Shown here: positions 50,528-61,116 of the stretch, piece after piece
Numbering within the stretch: position 1 is the first letter of the stretch
Layout: the number at the start of each line of letters is the position of its first letter
Assembly (NCBI GenBank): GCA_965197475.1
Contig: CBDANF010000003.1
Span: 128,001-192,000, forward strand
DNA length: 64,000 nt
Source of the DNA: Candidatus Poribacteria bacterium
GTDB taxonomy: Bacteria > Poribacteria > WGA-4E > WGA-3G
Reading direction: 5' to 3'
The notes under the pieces: generated by a model
Told to the model about the DNA's origin: nothing
Seen by the model: the letters and a program-made list of their open reading frames with translations, nothing else
The model's database searches: none
Position numbers and translations under genes: made by a program

Positions 50528-51965
50528 ATGAAATTCTTTAGAAACAACTGGTATTGGATACTTGGTATCGTTATTGGTGTTGGTCTCTCAAGCATCATCC
50601 TTATACAACGCAACCAACAGTGGACAAGTGAAACAGGTAATGTCGTACCTGATCTCTTTACGCAGACAGAAAGTTCTGAAGTATTGTCTCCTGAAAATGG
50701 AAGTCTACGCTCACATCAAAGAATAATACGAACAAATCTGTCACCGGGAAACGAACACCACGGATACGCGCCAAAACCTCTGATATAACACCCTTTGATA
50801 TACCACATCTACTGCCCCACGCTCACAAGGAGAGAGTGCCACATTTGCCTAAGGACATTCAAGAACGTCTTGATGCACTCTACACAGGACTTCCAGAAGT
50901 AGATGCTCATTTGGACGAGAAAAGACTTGAAATTCTCGCCGGAGACAAGGATATTGAAAGTACCGTCCAATTTCTTGAGAAACATGAATACTATAACTCC
51001 GCTATCTTGAAACTTCTTGATACCACGAGAGCCTTTCAATACCTCAAATCATTGCGTGTGCATCAAAACGAAGCCACTGAATACGCAAAACAGGTACTCA
51101 TTGAAAATCCTAATAATTTGGAAGCGCGAATGCATTTAGCTTGCAGAGAAAAAGATGTTGAGGTAGGCGCGGCAGCATATCGCGCTATTCTTGAGATAGA
51201 TCCTAATTTTGTGCCTGCTATGAATGGCTTAGGGAGTCGTCTCCATTACAATCATCCGAAAGAAGCGATTCAAATCCTTAAGAAAGTGAACCAATTAGAT
51301 CCCGCGCGGGATTACTCATTAGGACTATCGTATGAAAGACTCGGGGACTACAAAACTGCTTGGGTCCACTACCGAAAAGCACTTATCCAGAATCCAGATG
51401 GGCAACTTATTTATATGCGAATGGAACATATCGCAGATGGAAACCCTGTCTATTCGCCCATTCAGCGGAACCCTCAAACTTCCGCATCTCTAAAAAAGGA
51501 AAGTGGACAAGTTCCTTCTCCTCAACGGTCTGATATAGATGCCACTGTTTCTAAAACCGAATCGTCGGAGACATCTTTGTGGAATGATGAACTGGCACCA
51601 GTGGATCCCTTAAAACCCGAGGGTCAATATAACCAAGGTGCTGCCGATGCTAAACAGGCATATCAGAAATTCCGAAAACTCGGATTTCAAGACCCTGACG
51701 AATTTCGACAATTCCTTAACTGGCTTGAACGTGTAGAAAACGATCCAAGTCATTCACAAGATTTCCTCTCCCAACAGATGAAATCACATCTCACTGGCGG
51801 AAATACCGCGCAGTTCACCCAGAACGTGTTATCCGTGCCTTTGAAACTCTTAACCGTTATGGACCCGAAGAGGGTTTCAAACGCCTACGAAAAAACGACC
51901 CCGAAGTTGCTGAACAAGTACAACGCTTGCTTACAGAAAAACGAAAACCGCAACGAAAAAAGTAA
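50528..51965 (+). pseudogene. Membrane-anchored TPR protein with two frameshifts
   Basis: The N-terminal TM ORF joins the 50836 frame near 50710. The probable true C-terminus ERVIRAFETLNRYGPEEGFKRLRKNDPEVAEQV is out of frame from about 51815. Confidence 0.7.
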
Positions 51966-51977
51966 AGGAGAATATTT

Positions 51978-52350
51978 ATGAAACGTACAACTGTTTTTGT
52001 CAGCACTATCTACCTTCTATGTGTTCTCATCACGGCAGGTATTTCAGAAGGTGCCCAACATTAGAAGTCGCGCAACTTTCACACATAGGAAATATCTGCG
52101 GTAGCCATCCCAATTTGAATCAAAAAATGAGTCCAAGTCATCGTCCAGATTTCCGTGGCAGTACACGATTGGACCTCTTGATTTCAAGCAACCTACTCAT
52201 ACCGAAAGGTACATTTGCAGGTCAACGTCTGGCAGTTGAGTTTCATCTCCCCATCGTTCAACATTTTGAAGGAATACAACTCAAAAACAGATGGCAGATT
52301 ACGCTTGGTTGGCAATATGCCTTCTTTAGGGCAAATAGCCACTAAACAGA
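51978..52350 (+). pseudogene. Degraded secreted-protein gene
   Basis: SD AAGGAG and a signal peptide MKRTTVFV...GISEGA, followed by an early TAG. Confidence 0.45.
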
Positions 52351-52391
52351 TAAAAGTATTTTCATGCCAAAACCCGAACACAAGAATAACG

Positions 52392-52805
52392 TTATTGGGG
52401 GGTAATTTGAGAGGCGATGAATTCAGGAATGGGAATGGAGCGTATTTTTTCACCCGGATTTGTTATGCAGCAGACTGTGGTAAGTTGTCCACGCGCAATA
52501 TCTTTACCTTCATGGGTAAAAAGAAATTGATATGTCAGTGATTTTGTTCCTTTTTTGGAAACCCAAAGTTGGATGTCCACCTCATCTTCAAATCTCAGCG
52601 GACTAAGATATTCACAGGAAGCGGCAAGCCGAGGCCATCCAATCTTATCCCCATTCCATTCAGTTGCTACACTTGTTCCTAAGCTCCGTAGAAATTCGTG
52701 TTCCGCGGTTTCCATAAAGACAAAAAATCTCGAAAAATGGACAATCCCCGCCATATCAGTATCGGTAAACTCAATTTTCCTTTTGGTTTTATACTTAGTA
52801 CGCAT
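52392..52805 (-). CDS. 4-HBT/YbgC-family acyl-CoA thioesterase
   Basis: FTDTDMAGIVHFSRFF and YLSPLRFEDEV. Confidence 0.92.
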   Translation of the reverse strand: MRTKYKTKRKIEFTDTDMAGIVHFSRFFVFMETAEHEFLRSLGTSVATEWNGDKIGWPRLAASCEYLSPLRFEDEVDIQLWVSKKGTKSLTYQFLFTHEGKDIARGQLTTVCCITNPGEKIRSIPIPEFIASQITPQ

Positions 52806-52906
52806 CTTACGTGATTTTTCTGTAGTCCGCTCACAATCTTTTCACTGTGTTCATAGCAAAAGACCCGTTCTTACTAAGAAATTCCGCTTCTTTGATTGTT
52901 GTAATA

Positions 52907-54307
52907 TCAGTTTTTGGGGAATTTAGGAACATCTTTGTAGAGACTCCACGTCTCGGCATATATTTTCCAATATCCATCAGATGGGTCAATCATTAAATTC
53001 AACTTTTTGGTGCCGATATCAGAATATGCTGGACGAGTGCCCGATGCGGGTGTGCCCTTGAATTCTTGCAGGAAACTGACATCAGCAACCGCCCTATCTC
53101 CGTTAATCTCCAAATTAGTGATCCCAACCTGAATACCTAAGTAGTGGACGTTTAACTGTTTCATTTTCTGACGAAGTTGTTTTTTCGTGAGATAAGTAGG
53201 TGTTTCTGTATCATTCCGAACGGTGACACGGGTGATTAGAGCTCTTTCAGCATAGATTGACATGTAGGTATCAAGGTCTTTTTCTTCCCATGCTTTCTGC
53301 CATTTACCGAGAATCTGACCTATTTTGAGTTGCGTATCAATTGGGGCATCACCGTTATAAATACCTGAACCATTTGTTTCTTCTGGTATAGTGTCAACAT
53401 CCAGTTGGTCCTGCTGAGAAATAGGTTGATCCGTTATATATTCGCCTCTTACCTCATCGTTGATTAGCTTCCAGCGTCGGAAGAAGAATCCCTTCTTTTC
53501 AATAGTTAGGGTGCGCGAATGGGTTTCAACCAGAGTGCCAGTGCTTGTGACACTGATATTGCCAACCACATGTCGGGTTTTTGAGTGTGCGACAGGGGTA
53601 TAGGTCGCTTGGCTTAAGTCAACATTCGATTCTTGGGAAATTTGATCAAGGGCGAGTTGAAAGTTATTTTTTCGCTTTCTCTGAGCAGATTTATCCCAGA
53701 GCGAGGTATACTTCTGTTTATCTTGGGATTCAAGAGTTTTTTTCCATTCCAATACTAACGAAGCAACAGGACTGTTGGATTGTGATGTTGTTTCAACAGA
53801 TCTTTCCGCTTCAAAAGCAGCGAGATCAGCCCCAATTTCTTCACTAACGACCTCATCTCTGACAAGTTTCCAGCGTTGTCGAACGAACCCCGTTTTAACA
53901 ATCGTGAGGGTTCTTGATTGAAGCATCGGTTCGCCGATGGTATGCACGAGAATAGGGATTTCTTCAATTCGCAAATAATCATGGTTTTGAGGATCCTTGC
54001 GTGTCCTATCCACAGCATTAGCAATATTGACTTCAATCTTGAATTCTTCTTCAATAAGATCGGCAGTGTGTTGATAACCTGAATTAAGTTGTTCTCGAGC
54101 GTTTTTTGCCCAGAGAGCATCGTAATTATTGAGATTTCTGGATTCCATTGCATTTTTCCATTTTGCTAAAAATCCAGCAGTCGTTTCACTTGAACGGGTA
54201 AGCAAGATACCCCAAATTGCCAAAATGACAACTAAAACTACAATCCCGCCCCATTTTAGAGAATCTGGCAAAGAGAATTTCGATGCGTTGTCTTGGAAGT
54301 TGTTCAT
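52907..54307 (-). CDS. Membrane-anchored protein with three NTF2-like domains
   Basis: Three W-x3-(W/M/L)-E...Y...(W/Y) openings and three WK(L/I)xxE closings. Confidence 0.7.
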   Translation of the reverse strand: MNNFQDNASKFSLPDSLKWGGIVVLVVILAIWGILLTRSSETTAGFLAKWKNAMESRNLNNYDALWAKNAREQLNSGYQHTADLIEEEFKIEVNIANAVDRTRKDPQNHDYLRIEEIPILVHTIGEPMLQSRTLTIVKTGFVRQRWKLVRDEVVSEEIGADLAAFEAERSVETTSQSNSPVASLVLEWKKTLESQDKQKYTSLWDKSAQRKRKNNFQLALDQISQESNVDLSQATYTPVAHSKTRHVVGNISVTSTGTLVETHSRTLTIEKKGFFFRRWKLINDEVRGEYITDQPISQQDQLDVDTIPEETNGSGIYNGDAPIDTQLKIGQILGKWQKAWEEKDLDTYMSIYAERALITRVTVRNDTETPTYLTKKQLRQKMKQLNVHYLGIQVGITNLEINGDRAVADVSFLQEFKGTPASGTRPAYSDIGTKKLNLMIDPSDGYWKIYAETWSLYKDVPKFPKN

Positions 54308-54311
54308 CAGC

Positions 54312-55661
54312 TTACCTCCTTAAATCCGGAACATTTTCGTAGATTTGCCAAGTTTCGCGATAGATTTTCCAATCTCCCTGAACTTGATGCATCCAGATTT
54401 CGCGAGTCCAGCTATGGTATAATGCTGTATCATCCTCAGTTTGTGCTGGTGAAACCAACCGGCTAAATCGAAATATCCCGATGACACTCTCTTGCTCAAC
54501 TTCAGTAGATTCTTTTATTTTTTTCCATGGCTGAGCATTCATCTCCCGAAGGTTAGATTCTATCTGACTTCGGTTAATAACACTCGGATTTTCCTTGCTT
54601 TCCACAATAAGAATCTTATTAGCAGTGAAATTCGGTGTGTAAAACGCCAGATGTGCGTCAAGGTTCTTGTTAGTCCAAGATTTTTCCCATTTACGTAGGG
54701 CTGCTTTCCCGGCATTGATTTGTTCCGTCGAAAGCGATGTCCTTCCTGTTCGTTTAGGTTCGTTGCTATGCAGTTGTTTCTCAAAAGTGCGTGCTTTTTC
54801 TTCTTGTCGTTTTACATATTCAGCATGCTCTGCTACAACATTCCGCTTATTCGCCGCAGCAAGCTTGTCAGTATAAATTTTTGCTTGTTCACGCATCTGT
54901 TTTCTGAGCGATTCTGCTTCGGCAATAGCGGCGCGCTTTTGCTTACTTGCGGAATTAGCCATAATTTCAGTCACTTCAAGTTTCCGTGACAACTCCTTCA
55001 CCTGGACACCATAATTACGGACATCTATTTCAGAACTCGCAACTCTTGCTTGAATCGATTTTAAGGATTCATTGAGTTCCGCAACTTTCTGCTCGTTTAT
55101 TTTCCGAGTATTGATCAGTCCATCTTTCTCTGTTTCAAGTGTGCGAATGGTTTGTGCAAGTTTCTTCTCAGTATCACGAAGTTGCTCTATTCCATTTTCT
55201 AAGTCCGAAATTTTTGTTTCTTTTTCAGTTATTTTTTTACGGAGTTCAACTATACGAGCATTTTTTGCCAGAATATTAGCGTTTGCTTCAGCATTCATTG
55301 TATTTTGCAAAGCTTCTCGTTTAGCGATTTTCGCATGAGTGATTGCCTGATTCGCACATCTTAGCGCATCAACTCCATTATTGTTACGCAATGCTTCTCT
55401 TGCCTTTTCAAGCTCAGTTTCTGCCTTTTCAAACTCCTCAAAAGCGAGGGAAGGCGCGTTAACTTCACGAGCAGAATTGATCGCTTCTTCTGTCTGCGAT
55501 AGCAGAGTGTCAACATCTTGAACTTCAATTGTACCCAGTTTTCCTCCGCAGGCAGCAAGGAATATCGGAAAGATGCACAAACAAGACAAAAGAATAGAGT
55601 GATATGACTGATAGTACTTTACAAACATTTCCCTTCCTAAAACACCCCATAATCGTTTCAT
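54312..55661 (-). CDS. Lipoprotein: DUF4398-like domain, coiled coil and C-terminal NTF2-like domain
   Basis: Lipobox LAAC; long heptad region; WEKSWTNKNLDAHLAFY...WKIYRE. Confidence 0.7.
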   Translation of the reverse strand: MKRLWGVLGREMFVKYYQSYHSILLSCLCIFPIFLAACGGKLGTIEVQDVDTLLSQTEEAINSAREVNAPSLAFEEFEKAETELEKAREALRNNNGVDALRCANQAITHAKIAKREALQNTMNAEANANILAKNARIVELRKKITEKETKISDLENGIEQLRDTEKKLAQTIRTLETEKDGLINTRKINEQKVAELNESLKSIQARVASSEIDVRNYGVQVKELSRKLEVTEIMANSASKQKRAAIAEAESLRKQMREQAKIYTDKLAAANKRNVVAEHAEYVKRQEEKARTFEKQLHSNEPKRTGRTSLSTEQINAGKAALRKWEKSWTNKNLDAHLAFYTPNFTANKILIVESKENPSVINRSQIESNLREMNAQPWKKIKESTEVEQESVIGIFRFSRLVSPAQTEDDTALYHSWTREIWMHQVQGDWKIYRETWQIYENVPDLRR

Positions 55662-55832
55662 TTTAGACTCCTTACTCTTATGAATTTGTAATTTTTAAAA
55701 TATATGTGTCTATTTTTGTTAACCTATAAATGTTTTCTGTCAAAAGATGGCTTTTTTCTCTCTGTTTTTAATCCAAATTCGTGGCATACACAAACAACGA
55801 ATATATCTTTAGAAGGTTGAAAATTTACTACT

Positions 55833-56948
55833 TCAATCCCAATCGAAAATGGGCAGTGCAAAAACCTGTGGTTGTGATGTTCCCGTTTTCATTTGCACAA
55901 GCGTTTCCTTAATTGCAGTTGCGCGCGTTTTTCCAACGCCTTCAACACCTTCCAGCGCATCAACAGAAGAGGTGATGATCGCATCTAATGAATTGAAGTT
56001 TACAACGATATTTTCAATAATATTCATCGGAATACGCCGTATTTGGCTTAGCATCCGGTAGCCACGTGGTTCTAATGTATCTACATCCGCGTTAAAATCA
56101 TGCGGATAACCGAGGGCTGTACTGATATTACTTTCCACAGATAAATCAGACGCATTAAGTCCAAGAATATGTTCATACGCTTGATATTCGTCTCGTTCTT
56201 CCTCTCTGTAATAATCCTTAATAATCAGTAACGCTCTCTCAATTTCTGCTGTTAATTCAGAAGGAATCAGCTGCAATGATTGTGCCGCTGTACCTAATTC
56301 AATCCGATATCGATTTAATTCGTATTCAGTTCTTCGCACCCGCTCGCAAACTTGTATAGCCATTATAACGTTTGATAATGTGACCGTTCCACTTAGCTCC
56401 GCCCAGTTAAGCGTAGCTAATACTTTTTGCATTGTTTTCACGTACTGGGTAAGAGCAAGCATCGTTTGGTTGGCACCAGATATTAAAATCGGTCGTTCGC
56501 GAAAGAGATAGTGTTGATTTTTCGTGTATAAAGTTAGCGTATTTCGGCGTCTTGACACCGCCAAAACAATATGACCTGTCTCTTTAGCGAATTTTTCTGC
56601 TGCACGGTGCCGCAATCCTGTTTCATTTGAAGAAATAGATGGATTCACCCTTAAAGTGACATTGGCGCGTGCAATGCGCTTCATATCCGATGAAAGGATG
56701 ATTGCACCATCCATTTTTGCTAATTCAGATAGGCGGGTGGGTAGATATGGGCAATTTATCCTAAAACCACCCTCCGTCAAATTTAAAATCTCGGGTGTAT
56801 CTCCAACGACGATCAAACCTCCCGTATTGGCTTGGATAATATAATCAATACCTTCTCGGAGAGAGGTACCTGGCGACAGTAGTTTCAAAACGGCAACGAG
56901 TTCCCGTTCCTTCTGATTTTCGGTTGGAATTCTCAGCACTACTTTCAC
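55833..56948 (-). CDS. disA: DNA integrity scanning diadenylate cyclase
   Basis: PGTSLREG, LAKMDGAIIL, ETGLRHRAAE, PRGYRML and the HhH motif VEGVGKTRA. Confidence 0.93.
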   Translation of the reverse strand: MKVVLRIPTENQKERELVAVLKLLSPGTSLREGIDYIIQANTGGLIVVGDTPEILNLTEGGFRINCPYLPTRLSELAKMDGAIILSSDMKRIARANVTLRVNPSISSNETGLRHRAAEKFAKETGHIVLAVSRRRNTLTLYTKNQHYLFRERPILISGANQTMLALTQYVKTMQKVLATLNWAELSGTVTLSNVIMAIQVCERVRRTEYELNRYRIELGTAAQSLQLIPSELTAEIERALLIIKDYYREEERDEYQAYEHILGLNASDLSVESNISTALGYPHDFNADVDTLEPRGYRMLSQIRRIPMNIIENIVVNFNSLDAIITSSVDALEGVEGVGKTRATAIKETLVQMKTGTSQPQVFALPIFDWD

Positions 56949-57046
56949 CTCCCAATGTTAAAAATAGGGTAACATATTAAAGTGCACAATGTCAAGGTAA
57001 TCTTCGGAATATGTCAACCGCCATACACTGCAGAACTATAATTTTC

Positions 57047-57075
57047 TTGACTTTCAGGTCAAAAAAATGTATAAT
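57047..57075 (+). promoter_or_regulatory. sigma70 promoter overlapped by the palindrome TTGAC-N6-GTCAA
   Basis: TTGACT-17nt-TATAAT. Confidence 0.55.
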
Positions 57076-57250
57076 AAATTGTCTATGTAGAAGAAATGTT
57101 TTATTTTACTTGTTAATTATTCACTGGTTAGGAACGTTCTTGTAAAAGGTTGTTGGGATTATAAATTTAGAACTTAAAACTTCAATAACTATTTCAAATC
57201 AAAACTTATTTATAATAGTCTTTGCAATTAATGTGATACATTGCCGATCA

Positions 57251-57273
57251 GCGCGCGGACAAAGCGCGCCTAC
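57251..57273 (-). repeat. GTAG-type REP (family A, degenerate)
   Basis: GCGCGCGGACAAAGCGCGCCTAC. Confidence 0.75.
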
Positions 57274-57319
57274 TAGTAGGCTACATATTTTACACAAATT
57301 TCAAAAGCAGCGAGGAAAA

Positions 57320-57853
57320 ATGCAATTAGGTTTATTCAGTTCCTTTATATCAACCACATTTTCAAGTGTCAAAAATCAGTCACCAATTGTAACGCTCAAA
57401 ACAGATAAAGGAAACATAATAATTGAACTTTATACAGAATGTGCCCCAGTAACCGTAGCGAATTTTGTGAAATTAGTTGAGTCAGGATTCTATAACGGTT
57501 TATCCTTTCACCGATTTGTGAAAGGGTTCGTAATCCAAGGTGGTGACCCCGATGGCACCGGAACCGGTGGGCCGGGGTGGACAATCCCTGGTGAATTCCA
57601 AAACGCTGAACTTCGCGATAAGATGCCGCCGCATGAAAAAGGCGTTATCGCAATGGCTCGAAAACCCTCACCTGATTCCGCTGGGAGCCAATTCTATATC
57701 TGTCTAAGTGAAGATACAAGCACGTATACCCATTTAAATGGAAGCTATACAACATTCGGAAGGGTCATTGATGGATTAGATGTCGTAGATATACTTCGAG
57801 AAAGAGATGTAATGACCGAAGTTACGATCACACCCTCATACGAACAGAGTTGA
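57320..57853 (+). CDS. Cyclophilin-type peptidyl-prolyl isomerase
   Basis: FYNGLSFHR, FVIQGGDP, MAR...SAGSQFYI and YTTFGRV. Confidence 0.94.
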   Translation: MQLGLFSSFISTTFSSVKNQSPIVTLKTDKGNIIIELYTECAPVTVANFVKLVESGFYNGLSFHRFVKGFVIQGGDPDGTGTGGPGWTIPGEFQNAELRDKMPPHEKGVIAMARKPSPDSAGSQFYICLSEDTSTYTHLNGSYTTFGRVIDGLDVVDILRERDVMTEVTITPSYEQS

Positions 57854-57894
57854 TTATTGCCTTTCGAATATTGATCTAGAGAGGATCGTTATAT

Positions 57895-58950
57895 ATGGAA
57901 GAATGGAAACAACTCGTTAGAGATACTGTTAACACGCCAGAGAAACTTGCAGCTGCATTTGATGTTGACGTAGAAGAGATGCGGCGCATACACAAAGAAT
58001 TTCCGATCCGCATCAATCCGTATTACCTCAGCCTTATAGAAAAACCGGGGGACCCTATTTGGAAACAAGTAGTTCCAGACACCCGTGAATTAATCAGCAC
58101 AGGCGTAGAGGACCCACTTCATGAAGAAAACGATAGTGAAGTACCCAACGTCACACACCGATACCCCGACCGCGCCCTCTTTTATGTCAATTACATGTGT
58201 CCTATCTATTGCCGTTTCTGCACTCGCAAACGGAAGGTCGGTGATCCTCACTCAATTTCTGAGAATAATATTGAAACAGGACTTGCCTATATTCGGTCTC
58301 ACCCAGAGATTCGAGATGTTATCATCTCTGGTGGTGATCCACTGATGTTGACAGATAAGAAAATTGAGATGATCGTTGGTGGACTCCGCGAAATAGAACA
58401 TTTAGAGATTATTCGGATCGGTTCACGGGTTCCGGTAACTCTTCCCCAGCGGATTACGCCTGAATTATGCACGATTCTCAAACGTAATCATCCTTTTTAT
58501 ATCAACACCCACTTCAACCATCCCCGTGAGATTACACCCGAAACAGAGAAAGCATGTGGCATGTTAGCCGATGCGGGGATACCGCTCGGAAATCAGACAG
58601 TTCTGCTCAAAGGTGTAAATGACGACCCTGCGGTGATGGTGGAACTGATGAAAGGGTTGTTGCGAATTCGCGTCAAGCCTTACTATATCTATCAAGCTGA
58701 CCTTGTGGTTGGAACTGATCATTTCAGAACAGCGGTTAAAACAGGGTTGAAAATTGTCTCGGCGTTACGCGGGCATATCTCTGGACTTGGTGTTCCACAC
58801 TATGTGATTGATGCGCCAGGTGGCGGTGGAAAAATAGCGTTAATCCCTGATCCCGTTGTCACATTTGATGATGACGAAATCCAGCTCCGCAACTATGAGG
58901 GTAATGTCTACAGTTATCCGAGTAACCCGTTTTTCGATGAGGACTGGTAA
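57895..58950 (+). CDS. KamA family radical SAM aminomutase
   Basis: THRYPDR, CPIYCRFCTRKR, SGGDPL, HFNHP and DAPGGGGK. Confidence 0.93.
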   Translation: MEEWKQLVRDTVNTPEKLAAAFDVDVEEMRRIHKEFPIRINPYYLSLIEKPGDPIWKQVVPDTRELISTGVEDPLHEENDSEVPNVTHRYPDRALFYVNYMCPIYCRFCTRKRKVGDPHSISENNIETGLAYIRSHPEIRDVIISGGDPLMLTDKKIEMIVGGLREIEHLEIIRIGSRVPVTLPQRITPELCTILKRNHPFYINTHFNHPREITPETEKACGMLADAGIPLGNQTVLLKGVNDDPAVMVELMKGLLRIRVKPYYIYQADLVVGTDHFRTAVKTGLKIVSALRGHISGLGVPHYVIDAPGGGGKIALIPDPVVTFDDDEIQLRNYEGNVYSYPSNPFFDEDW

Positions 58951-58970
58951 TATAAGGATTAAATTCTTTC

Positions 58971-59753
58971 CTATTCGTTCTCTTTCGACTTCTCTGTGTC
59001 TTTGTTAAGAAATGGAGTCAATAGATCAATCGGAATAGGGAAGATAACGGTAGAATTTTTCTCTGCGCTGACTTCTACCAACGCTTGAAGAAATCGTAGT
59101 TGCACAGAAGTCGGTGTTTTACTGAGGATTTCAGCGGCGTTCGTCAATACCTCCGCAGATTCAAATTCGCCTTCCGCATGGGTAACTTTTGCTCGGCGTT
59201 CCCGTTCCGCCTCCGCTTGTTTCGCCATTGCACGCTGCATTTCAACAGGTAGGTCAACGTGCTTGATTTCCATTGCATGCACTTCAACCCCCCACGGTTC
59301 ACACTGCCTTTTAATGATTTCCTCTAAATCCTGATTCAGTTTGTCGCGTTCAGAGAGCAGGTCATCAAGTTCTGCACGTCCAAGCACACTTCGGAGTGTC
59401 GTTTGTGCAATTTGGGCAATGGCAAAACCGAAGTCTTCTACCTCAATTACTGCCTTATCTGGTTCGGTTACTCGGAAAGTTAGGACGGCATTGACACTAA
59501 CGGATACGTTGTCTTTTGTAATCACATCTTGCGGGGTGACATCATTGACAATAACACGTAGGCTAATACGCTGCATCCGCTCAATCCAGAACGGGATCAT
59601 CAGCACAAGACCAGGACCGCGGGTGCCAGTGAAACGTCCTAATCGGAAGATGACAGCGCGTTCGTATTCTTTGAGTATCCGAATACTTGTAGCGAGCAAA
59701 ATAATAACACCAATTGCAATGGCAAAGTGGTATGGTTGAATTCCTTCTGGCAT
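58971..59753 (-). CDS. SPFH/stomatin (slipin) protein
   Basis: [21 protein letters not shown] and [11 protein letters not shown]. Confidence 0.95.
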   Translation of the reverse strand: MPEGIQPYHFAIAIGVIILLATSIRILKEYERAVIFRLGRFTGTRGPGLVLMIPFWIERMQRISLRVIVNDVTPQDVITKDNVSVSVNAVLTFRVTEPDKAVIEVEDFGFAIAQIAQTTLRSVLGRAELDDLLSERDKLNQDLEEIIKRQCEPWGVEVHAMEIKHVDLPVEMQRAMAKQAEAERERRAKVTHAEGEFESAEVLTNAAEILSKTPTSVQLRFLQALVEVSAEKNSTVIFPIPIDLLTPFLNKDTEKSKENE

Positions 59754-59768
59754 TCTCAGCGTTCCTTT

Positions 59769-60788
59769 CTATGCGTTATATCCTGTAATGTCGCGAATTT
59801 TCTGGAAAAAGGCGCGTTTACGCGGTGTGTTGATCTGCCATTGCACAGGTACAGATTGGTAACCGTGGTGGTAGTCATTTTTACCAGGGTCAAAATAACC
59901 CCATGAGGCATATTGACTGACAGCGGCAATGCAGTTATTAATCGGTTTATCAAAATCGAAATGGTCATCTTCATTGAAAAGGATCGGCATTGGACGGTAG
60001 CCTGGTACGTGCCGCGCCTGCTGTACCATTTCAAGGATACGATTTGGATCACTCACACCGTTGCCATGTAGGAGCAAAAAATCGGAAGCGCGGACGACAT
60101 TTTCAAACGGCACTCGACCACCGCCATAACTTGTCCCTACGAGATATCTTCTACCATCATGTGTTGTTGCTTTCACTCTTTCAATGAGTTCATGAACCCT
60201 TTCCGGTTGTAAAATTTCATGGGAATATCTAACATTGCATTCATTATTAACCTCAACAATAACGTTGGTATAGCCGTTATGAAAAAGCCACTGAGTTGCA
60301 TTGTCCGTAGCGCGTATGACAGCATCTTCATCGGTGAGTTGATGGTCTTGTCCGAAGTAGAAGTATCCGAGAATAACGACCATGCCGAGTTCGTCAGCAA
60401 AGTCAATGATGCGCTTTAGATGGGAGAGGTAATCTGGATTGAGGCTTCCATCCGCTTCTATACCTGAGTTATGCCACGGTTGTGCTTTAGAATAACCTTC
60501 TGGACTCCCACCCTGCAAGTTAATTGTAAATGCCAACAGACCTTGCGCGCGCCAAGCAGGCATCGCTGCTAAAAATTCGCGTGTGTTACGTTCGGCATCC
60601 CATTTGCCGGTATCAGGATATTCCCAGCGATGGATAGTTTCTGGATCCCGATCATCAAAAATGCCTTGCACCATGCGGCTGTTGAGGAGCAAACCCTCAA
60701 TTTTGTTGCCTGCGTAGAAACGCCCCGGATAGGTAATTTCACCGTTAATATAAAATGCATCTTCTACGATGCTAACTGCTGTTTTCAT
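59769..60788 (-). CDS. Putative TIM-barrel glycoside hydrolase (clan GH-A-like)
   Basis: EVNNE acid/base-like motif, PILFNED and ADELGMVV. Confidence 0.55.
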   Translation of the reverse strand: MKTAVSIVEDAFYINGEITYPGRFYAGNKIEGLLLNSRMVQGIFDDRDPETIHRWEYPDTGKWDAERNTREFLAAMPAWRAQGLLAFTINLQGGSPEGYSKAQPWHNSGIEADGSLNPDYLSHLKRIIDFADELGMVVILGYFYFGQDHQLTDEDAVIRATDNATQWLFHNGYTNVIVEVNNECNVRYSHEILQPERVHELIERVKATTHDGRRYLVGTSYGGGRVPFENVVRASDFLLLHGNGVSDPNRILEMVQQARHVPGYRPMPILFNEDDHFDFDKPINNCIAAVSQYASWGYFDPGKNDYHHGYQSVPVQWQINTPRKRAFFQKIRDITGYNA

Positions 60789-61116
60789 TTTTCACCCTGA
60801 TTATCACAAAAGGTTCTAAAAGTATGATGTAGGTTTATATTTTAACATACTTCAGAGAATATTGCAATAAGATGGTTTAGGAAGAGTGTGTAAAGTTTTG
60901 GCAAAAGTCTGCGACCTCTCATTGTAAGGCCAAATTAACATAGCGTACCACACACGCTACGTTGATTTGGCCCACAGTAGAAAACGCAAAGGATTCTTCG
61001 TCCATCGAACCTATATGACAAAATATTTACATAATTTCCTTGACAAATTTTAGTCAAATAATATATGATAGAATTAATGTTAAATAAATTGAACGCATAG
61101 ACAAGTTTTTTGTTTC

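Noticed and set aside
57895-58950. epmB or a lysine fermentation pathway
   Set aside because: No efp, epmA or kamDE nearby; substrate cannot be assigned from sequence.
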